Shown here one piece after another: positions 39,101 to 52,954 of a stretch of DNA of 64,000 bases. The first letter of the stretch is position 1; the number at the start of each line of letters is the position of its first letter. Source of the stretch: Mizuhopecten yessoensis (taxonomy: Eukaryota); contig NW_018407731.1 of assembly GCF_002113885.1 (NCBI RefSeq), positions 260,863-324,862 of the forward strand. The letters run 5' to 3'. The translations under genes and the position numbers were made by a program. The notes under the pieces are model-generated. The model was not told the DNA's origin, did not search any database, and was given only the letters and a program-made list of their open reading frames with translations.

Positions 39101-42100
39101 GGATGCAGAGGTAACGTTTTTGATACCATTGATTAGAGCAAAGAAAAACAAATACATTCTTGTGAACTTTGAAAAATCAGTTTGTTATTTCTTTTTGTTT
39201 ATTAATTGAAACAAGCTTATTCCAGTTGAGGCAATTAACAAAGGAATATTTGTTTTGTATTTAAGTTTACGATGTCCTATTTTACAGGAAAGCTTGGGCT
39301 ACTTTGGTGACAGGAGAACAGATTTAACTGTTGGCAAGACATTCCAGGGAGTGGAGACTCCGAGTCAGGTAGATATCATTGACTGATTTGCCCATACCTA
39401 TAGGATATTGTTATTTCCAGTACTTAGGTGAAGGTAAGAGCTATGTTTCCATATCAGCGAGTAGGATAGAGTTATCTCCCATATCAGTGTGTAGGATAGA
39501 GTTATCTCCCATATCAATGCATATGACATTCGGAATACCCTTTCGTCATTTTCTACGAAACTAGGTAGCATATGCGAGGTGTTCCGAATGTGCATATGGT
39601 AGAGTTATCTCCCATATCAGTGTGAAGGGTCGCATTGGCGTATCCCGGTTGAAATGATTCAGGTGGCAGAAATATTCCATGATAAACGAATGCACTTGGA
39701 CCGAACTATAGGCAGAGCTAAAAATTGCGCAGTTTCGTAGAATAAATTACAATATATAAAGAACAATATGTCATTCTTCCATGCGCCCACTAAATTATGA
39801 AATATATATTAAAATCTACATGTGGATTGATCTTGCAATAGTCTCCATTTTAGTTTCAGTCAGGCATGTCTGAACCCCTCAATCTACACGTGCCCAACAT
39901 TTCTGAGGTCAGCCTCAGTTCAGATCTGCACCTGTCGTTTTCTTTCAGGTTCAACAGTATCAACTGGTTGAACCAGATACGCAAAAGGGGCCTCGGATAG
40001 AGCTTTTCTTCCATATCAGTGTGTAGGATTAATAGAATCTTTCATCATATTGGGAATGAGATAGGGGAATCTCAAGCCAAAGGGGTAGATTCTTAAGTTG
40101 CCAAACACCAGGCTTTGCTAAGGGTTTGACAACTTAAGAATCTTTCCCCAAGGGTTGAGATTCCCAATCAAGGGGTTAGAGAACCTATTTATCTTACCCT
40201 GTTCACCATTTCATGTACATGATGTGATGTTGACGTTACAGGCTAAATGCATTGTCGACATGATGCTGTTGTTGACATGATGTAATACAATGTTATGAAT
40301 TGGGAGAGAATCTCCTGTTTCAATCCTAGGGTGAGACAAGGATATATCACACCATGAAAAGTGTGGATACACCTGTCCAGGGTAAGAGTAATCTCCCATA
40401 TAGGTGTGAAGGATAGAGTTATCGTCCTTTTTGGTTTTGTAGGATAGTTATCTCCAGTATCTCCCATACCTATTTTTAGGCAAGAGATATCTCCTATACA
40501 TGTGTGTTAGATAGAGATGTATCAGAAACCTTTGTGTAGGACAGAGATATCCTCTGTCTGTTAACCTGGTATAGAAGTTACTTGTACAAAGAGAGTGTTC
40601 TCTCAGAGTTTAAGAATTATGGTGATTGTTCAGATATTTCACAGATATGAAAGTATATGATGCGTGTAAATAGTAATGATTTAACGGTGAAGAGACAAGA
40701 AATTTAGAATATCAATGACAATCTATGTTCAAAATTAAGATTTTGACCTTGTTCATTACAATGCTAATGCTACACATAGACTATTGATTTACATAATGAT
40801 CACATGTACACACCTGTATATGTGATGTTTTCCATTTAGAGCATAGCACTTGCATAGCAGCTTGTGTGTCATTACCATAGTACTTGTGTAGTGTTTGCAT
40901 TGCATTTCCATAGCACTGGAGTAGCATTTGCTTCTAAGGTGGAACAACAAATGTGTATGGGTCCCAAGCTAATTACAGTGAGAGTAAAGTTTACACTAAC
41001 AAATCTATTGGCACATGTAAAGTAGAAACATCAACTAGGCCATAAGCATGAGCTTCATTTTTTTTATTTTCATTTTTCAGAGTAGATATGTTGGATATTA
41101 TGAAAAAGTGAAGAAAGATCTGAAAGGACAACTACCTCCACGAAAAGAGAAGAAAATGACATCTGTTAAAATTGAAGGCCTCACAGGTACCAGTAAACAC
41201 TGTGATACTGATTAGACTAATTAATAGATCTGATGACGATGTACATTTTAGTGCACAAATAGGAGTGTTGTGAGTGCTCAGTTTAAGATATGATCTTTAT
41301 CTATAGATAAGTTTAGGAGAAGGAATATTTCAGATCATGTCCTCGTAGACCTATAGCTTTGTTTAGGAGAAGGAATATTTCAGATCATGTCCTCCTAGAC
41401 CTATAGATTTGTTTAGGAGAGGGAATATTTCAGATCATGTCCGCGTAGACCTATAGATTTGTTTAGGGGAAGGAATATTTCAGATCATGTGCTCGTAGAC
41501 CTATAGATTTGTTTTGGAGAAGGAATATTTCAGATCATGTGCTCGTAGACCTATAGATTTGTTTAGGAGAAGGAATATTTCAGATCATGTCCTCCTAGGA
41601 GGTAGCATATTGGAAATGGTGTATATGGCTGTGCTTTTGGTTGTAGGTGTTGGCAATGGAGACGGCTCTGACTTTTCTATGGAGATTAGAGTTGACGGAC
41701 TGCTCATATATGAATGCCGATTTGGTGACAATATCAATTGTCAGGTAGGTTTGGCAGAACCTTAAGTATTGATAATATTCAAATATCTCTAACTTTCCGA
41801 TAAATGTTTGATATGGCACCTCTGCAACTCAGTTCTCAAATTTAACAATCTAACAGCAGACATAACCACTATCATAGCGTACTCCTGAGAGTTCAAAGGT
41901 GTTCTTATGTTAACCAGTGAACTAAAAACAAACTCATTAAACAAGTTGGAAGCCTTCTGTTGAACTGTAGTGGTCAAAGCTTTGATAAATTTAAATCCTT
42001 TGGGACTTCATTTGTTTCTGTGATTAAAAACAGAGATAAGTATTGTTTATGGATGAACATTAAATAATACAAATAAGCAGAATTCCACAAGGCTTAGTAC

Positions 42101-45100
42101 AAGAAGAGCCCCTCAGATTGGAATCGGAGCTCCTCGGGGCTTATTACCAGAATTGCCTCAGATGGGAATGGAGCTCCAGATAGTTCCCTCACTACACGTA
42201 ACAGATACATACCTCTACAGAGATTGAAATAGAAGTAGACTTACTAAGGTGGCCTCGGAGGACACGCCTGAACTACACGTAACAGATACATACCTCTACA
42301 GAGATTCAATTAGAAGTAGACTTACTACCGAGGACACTTCTAAACTAAAACAAGACTGAGCTTGAATGACGTCTCTTATTATTGTAGATGATGAAGTACA
42401 CGGACAGCGACAGCATTGTTGTCAACCTACAGAATTCTCCAACTTTGTTCGCCGACGTCAAACTACGCTTCTTTTCACCTGCAGTAAGTACTTTGTTTAA
42501 ACATTTTTTTATGAGATATGGTAAAAAAAGTTTGGCTTAATCAAAGAGTTGGATAATTTGCTACCACTACTCTGTGAAATACACAATATGTCACCAACAC
42601 TGTCAAACGGAGATGAATGATTTGTCCTTTGTTCGTAATGTTACGTTATATATTATTGAACTTGATGTTAATGACATATTCTGCTGGTATATATAATGTA
42701 TGCTAAAGGTAAGTGATACATTAAGATATACAACATATCCCTACACAATAGAACATATCCCTACACAATAGAACATCCCCCGACACAATAGAATATATCC
42801 CGACACAATAGAACATATCCCTACACAATAGAACATATATCTACACAATAGAACATATCCCGACACAGTAGAAAATATCCCTACACAATAGAACATATCC
42901 CGACACAATAGAATATATCCTGACACAAAAGAATATATCCCGACACAATAGAATATATCCCGACACAATAGAACATACCCCGACACAATAGAACATATAC
43001 CGACACAATAGAACATATCCCGACACACCAGAACATATCCTGACACAATAGAACATATCCCGACACAATAGAATATATCCCGACACAATAGAACATATCC
43101 CGACATAACAGAACATATCCCGACACAATAGAACATATATCTACACAATAGAACATATCCCGACACAATAGAATATATCCCGACACAATAGAATATATCC
43201 TGACACAATAGAACATATCCCTACACAATAGAACATATCCCTACACAATAGAACATATCCCGACACAATAGAACATATCCTGACACAACAGAACATATCC
43301 CGACACAATAGAATATATCCTGACACAATAGAATATATCCCGACACAGTAGAACATATCCCTACACAGTAGAACATATCCCGACACAATAGAACATATCC
43401 AGACACAATAGAATATATCCTGACACAATAGAACATATACCTACACAATAGAACATATCCCTACACAATAGAACATAGCCCTACACAAAAGAACATACCC
43501 CGACACAATAGAACATATCCTGACACAACAGAACATATCCCGACACAATAGAATATATCCTGACACAATAGAATATATCCCGACACAATAGAATATATCC
43601 CGACACAATAGAACATATCCCGACACAGTAGAACATACCCCACCACAATAGAACATATCCAGACACAGTAGAACATATCCAGACACAGTAGAACATATCC
43701 CGACATAGTAGAACATATCCAGACACAGTAGAACATATCCAGACACAATAGAACATATCCCGACACAACAGAACATATCCCGACACAGTAGTACATATCC
43801 CGACACAGTAGAACATATCCCTACACAGTAGAACATATCCCGACACAATAGAACATATCACAGTAGAACATATCCCTACACAATAGAACATATCCAGACA
43901 CAGTAGAACATATCCCTACACAATAGAACATATCCAGACACAGCAGAACATATCCCGACACAGTAGAACATATCCAGACACAATAGAACATATCCCGACA
44001 CAACAGAACATATCCTGACACAATAGAACATATCCCGACACAATAGAATATATCCCGACACAATAGAACATATCCCGACACAGTAGAACATATCCCTACA
44101 CAATAGAACATATCCCTACAAAATAGAACATATCCCGACACAATAGAATATATCCTGACACAACAGAATATATCCCGACACAATAGAATATATCCTGACA
44201 CACACAATAGAACATATCCCGACACAATAGAACATATTTCTAAACAGTAGAACATATTCAGACACAATAGAACATATCCCGACACAACAGAACATATCCC
44301 GACACAGTAGAACATATCCCGATGCACCAGAACATATCCAGACACAGTAGAATATATCCCGACACAGTAGAACATATCCCGACACAATAGACCATATCCA
44401 GACACAATAGAACATATCCTGACACAATAGAATATATCCCGACACAGTAGAACATATCCCGACACAGGAGAACATATCCCTACACAATAGAACATATCCC
44501 TACAAAATAGAACATATCCCGACACAATAGAATATATCACGACACAATAGAATATATCCTGACACAATAGAATATATCCAGACACAATAGAATATATCCC
44601 GACACAATAGAACATATCCCGACATAACAGAACATATCCCGCCACAATAGAACATATATCTACACAATAGAACATATCCCGACACAATAGAACATATCCC
44701 GACACAGTAGAACATATCCCGACACAATAGAACATATCCAGACACAATAGAACATATCCTGACACAATAGAATATATCCCGACACAATAGAATATATCCT
44801 GACACAACAGAATATATCCCGACACAATAGAACATATCCCGACACAATAGAACATATCCCGACACAATAGAACATATCCCGACACAATAGAACATATCCT
44901 GACACAATAGAATATATCCAGACACAGTAGAACATATCCTGACACAATAGAACATATCCCGACACAATAGAATATATCCTGACACAATAGAATATATTTC
45001 TTCACATGAGAACATATTTCTACACAATATGTATATCATATTATTAAACAATAGAACACCGCCCTAAACATTCTCATGTTAAGAATCTATTATGCATGTG

Positions 45101-46804
45101 TCTACTCATTCCTGTCTTATAATTGTTGTGTTTGTATATCAGTTTAATGTAATCTTGTGTTAATGGGCCTTTCAGGTCACTCAGCAAACTTGTTGTAATC
45201 ACATTATGTATTGTTCTATTGCAGAAAAACATTCCTAAGATTTATGACAATTGTGCCTTTTTCCTGTGGTTTCATACCTCCTTCATTGAAAATAATAAGT
45301 AAGTATAGAGATACATAGCTTCCCTAAAGATTTTGTAATGTTGATACACATATATCAACTTCTTGCAGTTTTTTTCTCAATCAATAAATCTTAGATGAGT
45401 TTCCATTTCATGTGACATTTGTGAAACGATTCTTAAGAATTTTTCTTTTAAGCAAGCCTCTGGCAAGCTGAAATGAAAAATTTGTGCTGAGTTTTGAAAT
45501 GATAACGAGTGCAAGATCCTTTTTATCACATAATCAAGATTTGTGGCATTTATTCGTGTAAGACGACAATTTTCATGCACCCTTGAAATGTAAAACCGTC
45601 ATTTTTACTCCAGTGCTTAAGTCTATGACGTCATGTACTTGTCCTAGGCGTGATGTCGCAATTGACACAACTGAAACTTACAACCAATCACAGGGCTGAT
45701 AGGTCATATTACATTGGTTAATAAGCCAAAAAAATATGACATGAGTATATTCACGGGATAACATAGTACCTTATGTGATAAACCGTTTTCTCTCATATCT
45801 CTGTGTGTAAGACAGAGCTGTCCAGGGTAAGAAAGGGGTGTAGGAAATTTCTATCTTACACCCCATTTCACTTGACGTGACGTCACAATGGCTCAACAAT
45901 GACGTGACGTCACAAATTTGAAACTCTACGATGCACAATGCGGAAAAGGCGACGTGATGAAATTAAAACCTTTTACAATATATTTACCGTACACGTTAGA
46001 AAGATGGGATTCATTTTTTTGCGTAATCACTGTTTGAAAATATGGGATAGGCTTAATCTGGCTGGCTAATTCGTTTTCGTCTGAAAAGCTTGGGGGGGAA
46101 AACTTGATATTTTCAAAATGTAGGCCAGTCCAAACGAATTTTCATGGTTTCTGAGCTTATTCTGGTGGATGGAATGAGAGAAAAATACTCTTTCTTGCCC
46201 AAGGGTGTAGGAAAGGGAAATTCCACCCTCAGGATTTTCGAATTTAGCAAAACCCTCGGCAAAGCCTCAGGTTTTACCAAATTTGAAAGCTCCTTGGGTG
46301 GAATTTCTATCTCCTACACCCCTGTGCATGAAAGAGTCTTAAAATATTTCTCAAAGCACAGAAATATAAGAAATAATCAAAGTTACTGAATTTATCAGTT
46401 AAACTACGTTGTAACATTGACTGGTTAATTAGTCTTTGGTAAGCTGGCAATGATCGATACATTACAGTTCATTGTATCAATATTCTCTGGTCAGTACTTA
46501 TAATAATTGTTCCTTTTATGTACTCGTAATAGTCAGTACTCGTAATAATTTTTCCTTTAGTGTACTCGTAATAATTGTTTCTCTAGACAGTACTCGTAAT
46601 AAGTGTTTCTTTAGTGTACTCATAATAATTATTTCTGTAGTGAACTCTTAGTAATTGTTTATCTAGTGTAATTATGATATTTTTTTCTCTAGGCTGCGCT
46701 TAACAAGAGATGAACTCGACAATCCCCATAAGAAGAAAGCCAAGGAGGTTTACAGAGACCATTTTGCAGTGGAACTCAACTTTGAAGATGCTGATGAGGA
46801 CTGA
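33169..46804 (+). CDS. TPTE2: Voltage-sensing phosphoinositide phosphatase (VSP; TPTE/TPTE2 family); exons 33169-33386, 34298-34498, 35196-35315, 36140-36306, 36713-36777, 38141-38201, 38654-38735, 38960-39110, 39288-39368, 41081-41186, 41647-41744, 42388-42483, 45225-45298, 46693-46804 (543 aa)
   Basis: Four TM segments with S4 [19 protein letters not shown], then linker [37 protein letters not shown], the VSP-type active site HCKGGKGR (PTEN has HCKAGKGR), GVETPSQ, and a C2 domain ([26 protein letters not shown]). All junctions are GT-AG and the phases are consistent. Confidence 0.95.
33737..33961. mobile_element. MITE with GGCC termini (PIF/Harbinger-like)
   Basis: TIR GGCCAGACAAAAATAT.../...ATATTTTGCCTGGCC; TTA TSD on both sides; internal CCTACCCTAA repeats shared with 15305-15655. 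Confidence 0.75.
36381..36463. mobile_element. 83-bp MITE flanked by TTAA (piggyBac-like)
   Basis: Perfect 15-bp TIR CTCATTCATCCCTGA/TCAGGGATGAATGAG with TTAA on both sides. Confidence 0.8.
36775..37891 (+). repeat. 46-bp then 43-bp minisatellite starting at the VSP exon 5 donor (~22 near-identical 43-bp units; N at 37892)
   Basis: Unit GACTCAGAAAGTACAGTTGTATAGTCAGAGCGAGTTGATCACC. Confidence 0.96.
41301..41598. repeat. 50-bp minisatellite x~6 in VSP intron 10
   Basis: GTTTAGGAGAAGGAATATTTCAGATCATGTCCTCGTAGACCTATAGATTT repeated. Confidence 0.93.
42733..45030. repeat. 20-bp minisatellite (~115 units) in VSP intron 12
   Basis: GACACAATAGAACATATCCC repeated with point variants. Confidence 0.97.
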
Positions 46805-47259
46805 GGAGGGTTGCTGACCAAGGGAGGATTTCTGCCCAGCCAAAGGAAGGTTTCAGACTGGGGGGTGGGGAGGGGAGAGGAGAGGATGGCTACGGGAGGC
46901 TTTTTTTACTTAAGAGATTGAGATTTGTTTAGTGATGAAGACTTCTTACTGAGTGAAGTATCTTTGTGAGGGAGGGTTTCAGAGTGAGGTATCTAACTGA
47001 GAGGGGGTATCTGACTGAGTGAGTTATCTATGTGAGGGAGGGTTTCAGAGTGAGGTATCTAACTGAGAGGGGGTATCTGACTGAGTGAGGTATCTTTGTG
47101 AGGAAAAGTTTCAGAGTGAGGTATATAACTGAGTGAGGTACAGTATCAGAAGTTGCTTATGAGGAAGAGATTCTTGGGATTTCCTTTGAGGCTTTGAAGT
47201 CAACATGCCTATATTTAGTACACAGGTGGCTTATTAGCCTGGGAGGCTGTGCTTAGGAC

Positions 47260-47965
47260 TTTTTGTTGGGGGAAACATTCCTGGTAAATACTTTGTAATG
47301 AGGTTGGGGGAGACATTCTGCTTTTATAATATAAGGAGTCAGAGGAAACATTCCGTTGTGTGAAAAGTCAGGGAGACATTCCTAATACAAAACAGGTAGA
47401 GGGAGACATTCCTGTTATGTAACAAGATGGGGGGAGAGACATTCCTAATATAAAACAGGTAGAGGGAGACATTCCTGTTATGTCACATGATGGGGGGAGA
47501 CATTCCTAATATAAAACAGGTAGAGGGAGACATTCCTGTTATGTAACAAGAGGGGGGAGACATTCCTAATATAAAACAGGTAGAGGGAGGCATGCATGTT
47601 ATGTAACAAGATGGGGGGAGACATTCCTATTATAAAACAGGTAGAGGGAGACATTCCTGTTATGTCACATGATGGGGGGAGACATTCCTAATATAAACCA
47701 GGTAGAGGGAGACATTCCTGTTATGTAACAAGAGGGGGGGAGACATTCCTAATATAAAACAGGTAGAGGGAGACATTCCTGTTATGTAACAAGATGGGGG
47801 AGACATTCCTAATATAGAACAGGTAGAGGGAGACATTTGTGTTATGTATCAAGATGGGGGGAGACATTCCTAATATAAAACAGGTAGAGGGAGGCATTCA
47901 TGTTATGTAACAAGATGGGGGGAGACATTCCTAATATAAAACAGGTAGAGGGAGACATTCCTGTT
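47260..47965. repeat. ~60-bp dimeric minisatellite (two ~30-bp GGGAGACATTCCT subunits) downstream of the VSP stop; a degenerate TGAGTGAGGTATCT repeat lies at about 46945-47140
   Basis: GGGAGACATTCCTAATATAAAACAGGTAGAGGGAGACATTCCTGTTATGTAACAAGATGGGG repeated about 10 times. Confidence 0.92.
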
Positions 47966-48837
47966 ATTGTAATAACATTATCTACTTACTTTTGTATTGA
48001 ATAATTTAATGTTTATTTTTATACATCAGACAGTTTTGTGATTCTGGATTTTATTATGATACATTCCATTGTTTGAGGCTAGGTTGTAAATTAGTATACA
48101 TGTACTTTAACCAGAGCATACTCTCATGTGCTTTTAATCATCATACTTTATCATGAAGCGGTGGAAGTGAAGGTTATAGTTTACATGTAATTAAGTTAAG
48201 CTGTAACTTGTGTACGTGATGTTTGTCCGTGATGTTTTACAAGTCATGTGCTATCAGAATGAAACACTTTCTAGTCACTAGGAGTGCCACACCAGTCATA
48301 ATTTGAGAGTATTATGTGGTTATGTGTACTTTTGTTGTTATACTCTATCCCCCTAAGAAACCAGCACAGCTAGTGATTATGTAAAATCGTTAAATGTAGG
48401 AACATCATCATTCTAAAATCACCAGATACATTTCAAAAGGAAACCTGGGTTGGGTTCTTTAAAGACAATGTTTCAACTTGTATTTGAGTCAATATGTAAA
48501 TTAGAAGATATATATTCTCTGAAATTGGAATTGTCCTATATAGATTACATTGACAATGGACAATGGACAATGTTAACATACTGTTTTTATACAATACAAA
48601 ACCTGTTATTGACTTTTTGCAATGTTCCAAAATGTTGATTTTTCTCTCATTTAATACACCATTGAAGTTCTAATTGCTATAGGTTGAATATTGAGATCAG
48701 TATTCAAAGATTTTGTTTACCTGGTACCCTTAAATCCTTTTGACAATTGCCTTCGATTTTTTTTATATATACTTCTTGTATAGTTTACTAAAGGATGATT
48801 TTAGAAATCTGATTTCTGGTAACAGAAATATTTTATA

Positions 48838-49070
48838 GGGGCTGCACGGTGGCCAAGTGGTCAAGGCATCTGACTATCTATGACCACCAGCCCTCAACCA
48901 CTGGGTCATGTGTTTGAGGCCTACATTGGGGGCAGTCACCAGGTACTGGCCACAGGTCAGTGGTTATTCTCCAGGCCTTTTGGTTTTCTTCCAACATCAG
49001 AACTTTGCATGTCCTTAAATAACCACAACCGTTACTAGGACGTACGTAAAACACAAAACAAACAAAAAAA
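48838..49070 (+). mobile_element. Full-length tRNA-derived V-SINE-like element
   Basis: GGGGCTGCACGGTGGCCAAGTGG head, GGTCAGTGGTTATTCTCCAGG...TTTTCTTCC core, (A)nC-rich tail. Related fragments lie at about 30975-31075 (+) and 56770-56890 (-). Confidence 0.7.
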
Positions 49071-50791
49071 CTAATCCCTGCAAACTTCTCACTGGCACTA
49101 CTATCACATACCATGAACGGTACAAATCTATTTCCACCAGTTGATAAGAATTTGTAAAGGTGAGGCCAGTTTATTGAGGGAGATACATAAAGTACTTAAG
49201 AAAAAAGAAATATGGAACTTTGACAGATATTGTCAGTAAGTGAGGAGGCAGATGAAAAGAGGAGCGTGAATGTGCCCTCATGCAATGATAAAAAGGGCAG
49301 AAAGAAAATCAGATAATATTTTGGTCTTTTTACTTTTTAACACATTGGTTACATGTAAATCATGCTGTATATATTTGTGCCATATAAATGTGTACTTTAT
49401 ATTAAATGATGTTTTTGCTTAAGTACCAACCAGGTATGTCTGTAAATCACATTTGTTTTGAAATATATTTATTTCATGTTTTTAATTCCTGCTGAAATTC
49501 AAGGACTCAAGGATATTACGAGTGCCTTCCTGATACAAAGAATCAGAACAGTTCTGTCACTCTTTCATGAACTGAAATTCCCACAAATTTCAACAAAGTT
49601 TGAAAAATAATCATAAAAAGAAGTATTATTAAAAAGATAAGTGAATATATAATTTCTCCAATCATAAAAAAAATTCATTGAAAAAGATAAAAGTATTTTG
49701 TAAAGTGCAATAGGTTGTAAAACATTAGATATATTGATGTTTAATTTTATTACATACATATGTACATCTAGTCTGCTTAAAATGATATAACAATATGAAA
49801 GTGACAGTTTAAATAATACAATATGTAGTATATTAATATGAACTTTGAATACTTGTGATAGTATCCTGGTACAGATGTATAGTGAGGTGCTGTGATTGTT
49901 AAGATCAGTCATGTTCTACAAATTGTGATTGTTGTAGCTCTATGGATGCAGATAGCTTAAATCTAGTCCCGTTGTTGTTGTTTTCAGTAAATGTTTGGTT
50001 TTTGTTTGATTTGTTTTCACGGACATGCGGCTTTGAGGTGCGACGACCTCTTACAAAGTATGTACATTGCAGTACACATTTGCCTTAGATGTTCAAAATA
50101 GTATTATACAATTAGATACACATGTAGTTATATTATATATCTGTCGGTTAGTCTGGTGTAGTGGATTGGTATCCTGAATTAGTAACCTCTAATGTCAATT
50201 AAATTGTTTGTTAATTTTATATACTTTACATATAGGATAATCATGTATTTGAAATATTTTCACTGAGGTTAATAGTAAGTTAACAATTGCTATACTCAAT
50301 GATTTATTAGTGGATAAGATTGCTGATGATTATTGTGATATTATAAATGCCCCCTTTGCCAGGATGTATCACAACATAAAATTATTTAAATATGCAAAAT
50401 TAATATATATTACTATAACCGTAGAATAGAACAAATATTGTTAAAATTATAAATTTTATATTAATTTTGAACACTAATTATTTGGTGATAAATCAAAATA
50501 TTAATGGAATGGTGCTAACAATATGAAATCTGTTTTAACTTGCCTCAAAAGGGCCAAGCTCGCCCCAAAAGGGCCAAGTTAGCTTACACCATGGTGCAGC
50601 GTCTGTCATCAGTTAATCTGTTGTAACTTTCCCTTTATACACTACTAGTCCAGCACAGCTCAGTGGATTTAGACTTCTTTTGGTCTTGAACATCTTTAAT
50701 AGTGCCAAGGAGACACGTCAGTGTATACATGGAGGTTGTATAATCCTTCTTTGGGGCAGAGGGGTGTAGGGTCAAATAGGGGAGTTATGTA

Positions 50792-50995
50792 TGTGGCAGG
50801 GTTCAATTGTACATAGGATTAAGGTCACCTTCTAGCTTAGAGCTAGAGGGAATTTCCCTTCAGCTCAGTTGTAGAATTTCCCTTTAGCTCAGTGGTAGAA
50901 TTTCCCTTTAGCTCAGTGGTAGAGTGTCCGACTAGGAACCAGGAGATCGAGGGTTCGATCCCCGTCAGAAGCACACTATTCTCTTTCCTGTTACA
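50792..50995 (+). mobile_element. Solo LTR of family A tRNA-TRIM, with a triplicated 24-bp A-box segment
   Basis: TGTGGCAGGG...CTGTTACA with perfect TSD TGTA (50788-50791 and 50996-50999). Length 204 = 156 + 2x24. Confidence 0.92.
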
Positions 50996-51166
50996 TGTAC
51001 ATTCTTATGTATATGACAATCTTTAAAATCCTACTCCATAAGTACTGTAAAGGAATATTATCCTGACATGGTCTGGAGCATCCTTGGGCCAAGGGGAGTC
51101 AACTTTGTAACATGAAGGGTGTTGTCCGCTATAGGAGAAGAAAAGTTAGGATTAGGTTCAGGGGGG

Positions 51167-51270
51167 NNNNNNNNNNNNNNNNNNNNNNNNNNNNNNNNNN
51201 NNNNNNNNNNNNNNNNNNNNNNNNNNNNNNNNNNNNNNNNNNNNNNNNNNNNNNNNNNNNNNNNNNNNNN
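51167..51270. other. Assembly gap (104 N) flanked by poly-G
   Basis: Run of N in the sequence. Confidence 1.
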
Positions 51271-52954
51271 GGGGGGGGTAAATCTTTATAAAATTCCTAT
51301 TCATTCTGTACAGTGTACAGGTTAAGGGTAAAGACTGCATGGTACTGTATTTGGGCAAATGGGTAAATGAATAAAGACAAATCATAAAATTCTACTAACT
51401 CAGTACAAATAAAAGGATTTTAACCCAATTTGGTATGGAGCATCCCTAGGCTAAGGCATTGCAATGTAAGAGGTAGATGGTAGGCCCAGTAGGGTAGGTA
51501 AAAGTAAGTTTCTTAAATCTTTTCCTTGATTGTGGATAGGGATTTTAACCTAGTTACGTCTTGAGCATCCCCAGGCCAAGAGTATGCATACGTTATGTAA
51601 ACTGTAATGGTGGTACTAAAATGTGTAAAAGAAGGCTCTGTCGTGTCCACCACCCCAATTTTTGACTGTTCACAGTTAGATTTTAAATCGAACCAAAAGA
51701 CCAGGTGAGCTTTTAAGGCTACTGTGCCTCTTGTTCTTGTTGTGAGATATGTATACCTTTACAATTAATGCTGCTAACATTAAAAGTGCAATGTTTCTTT
51801 ACGGGAAGCTATTTTGATCAAGTTGTTAGATTTTTACATTTTACTGCATATATACACAAAGGTTGTTTGTTTAGTGAGGTACCATAGAATAGTTTCAGTC
51901 GTGCCTAAGACACCACAACAAGAATGATACCATGTCATTCATTTCAGGTCAGTTTATTCGTTTAAATGATACTCGCCTGATGTGTCTCTAAATGGAACTC
52001 TTGCGTATCTCACAGTCACTATAGGGTAAATATACCTTATTCCCTTCAGCTAAAAAGTACTTAGTGCAATTGATGTTTCAAACAAATAGATTGTTTATAA
52101 AAAAAAATATCGCATTTTATTGCTTTATGAATACATGCCCATGAACTTTTAATTTACAAATAGAAAAATAATGAATACTCACAAATTCAATGTTCATGTT
52201 TTATAAGTAATGCAGTTAAGTTGTTAATTTGTATGCAACTTCTAAATGACTGAAGATATACTCGTAATGATACCATAACATCCTGTTAGGATGGACACAT
52301 ACTACATTTGTGAAACGAAGATCCTAAAACAGAGGTCAAGCTTTAAATCATTTTTATCATCAATTTTAAATCATGTGCTCATAATTGAGTGCAATAACTT
52401 CATCAGATATCTTAATTTTAAAGTCCAGCTAGTGATATTTTATAGAGACTAATATAGCAATTATACTAGGTAAAATATCTATACAGATGTGTCTATCAAG
52501 GCCATACAGCCTGAGCTACAGTAGAGATTATGACGATACAACATAGACCTGTGTACTAAACTCAACAAATCCATGCCAAGCTAGAGGACACATGTCCAGT
52601 AACTGCTTTTAATCTGATGGGCACACCACAAATTATTACATCTTGCAAGAGATATTAACAGTGTTGCATAACTTTCATCATGATTTTTAATGAATGGGAC
52701 CAATTGATTTCAACAATGGTATTATATAATGAAATTTTGAATTTACTATATCCATTGGTATACTTAAAGGAGTTTGTAATTGATCTTGAAGCTGTTTTAT
52801 CTCAAATATTTTCATGTCATTGTTTCACGGATAAAGGTTGTTTGTAAACAAAATATTTGTCATAATCATACAGATGTTTATATATTTTGGATTCATTAAA
52901 AAGCCTGACTTTCAATATATTGGCTTGTGTCTTGTATAGTATACCACTACTATT

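Larger units (their letters stand above)
50540..51735 (-). mobile_element. HINE/pearl-like element (reverse orientation) hosting the family A solo LTR and an assembly gap
   Basis: Reverse-complemented 5' end CCAGGTGAGC...GCCTCTTGTT at about 51701-51735 and a 3' hairpin remnant at about 50545-50590. Confidence 0.65.

Noticed and set aside
42741-45051. Long Cys/Tyr-rich ORFs (up to 394 aa) on the minus strand
   Set aside because: Translations of a 20-bp minisatellite that lacks stops on that strand; open in all three frames and located inside a VSP intron.
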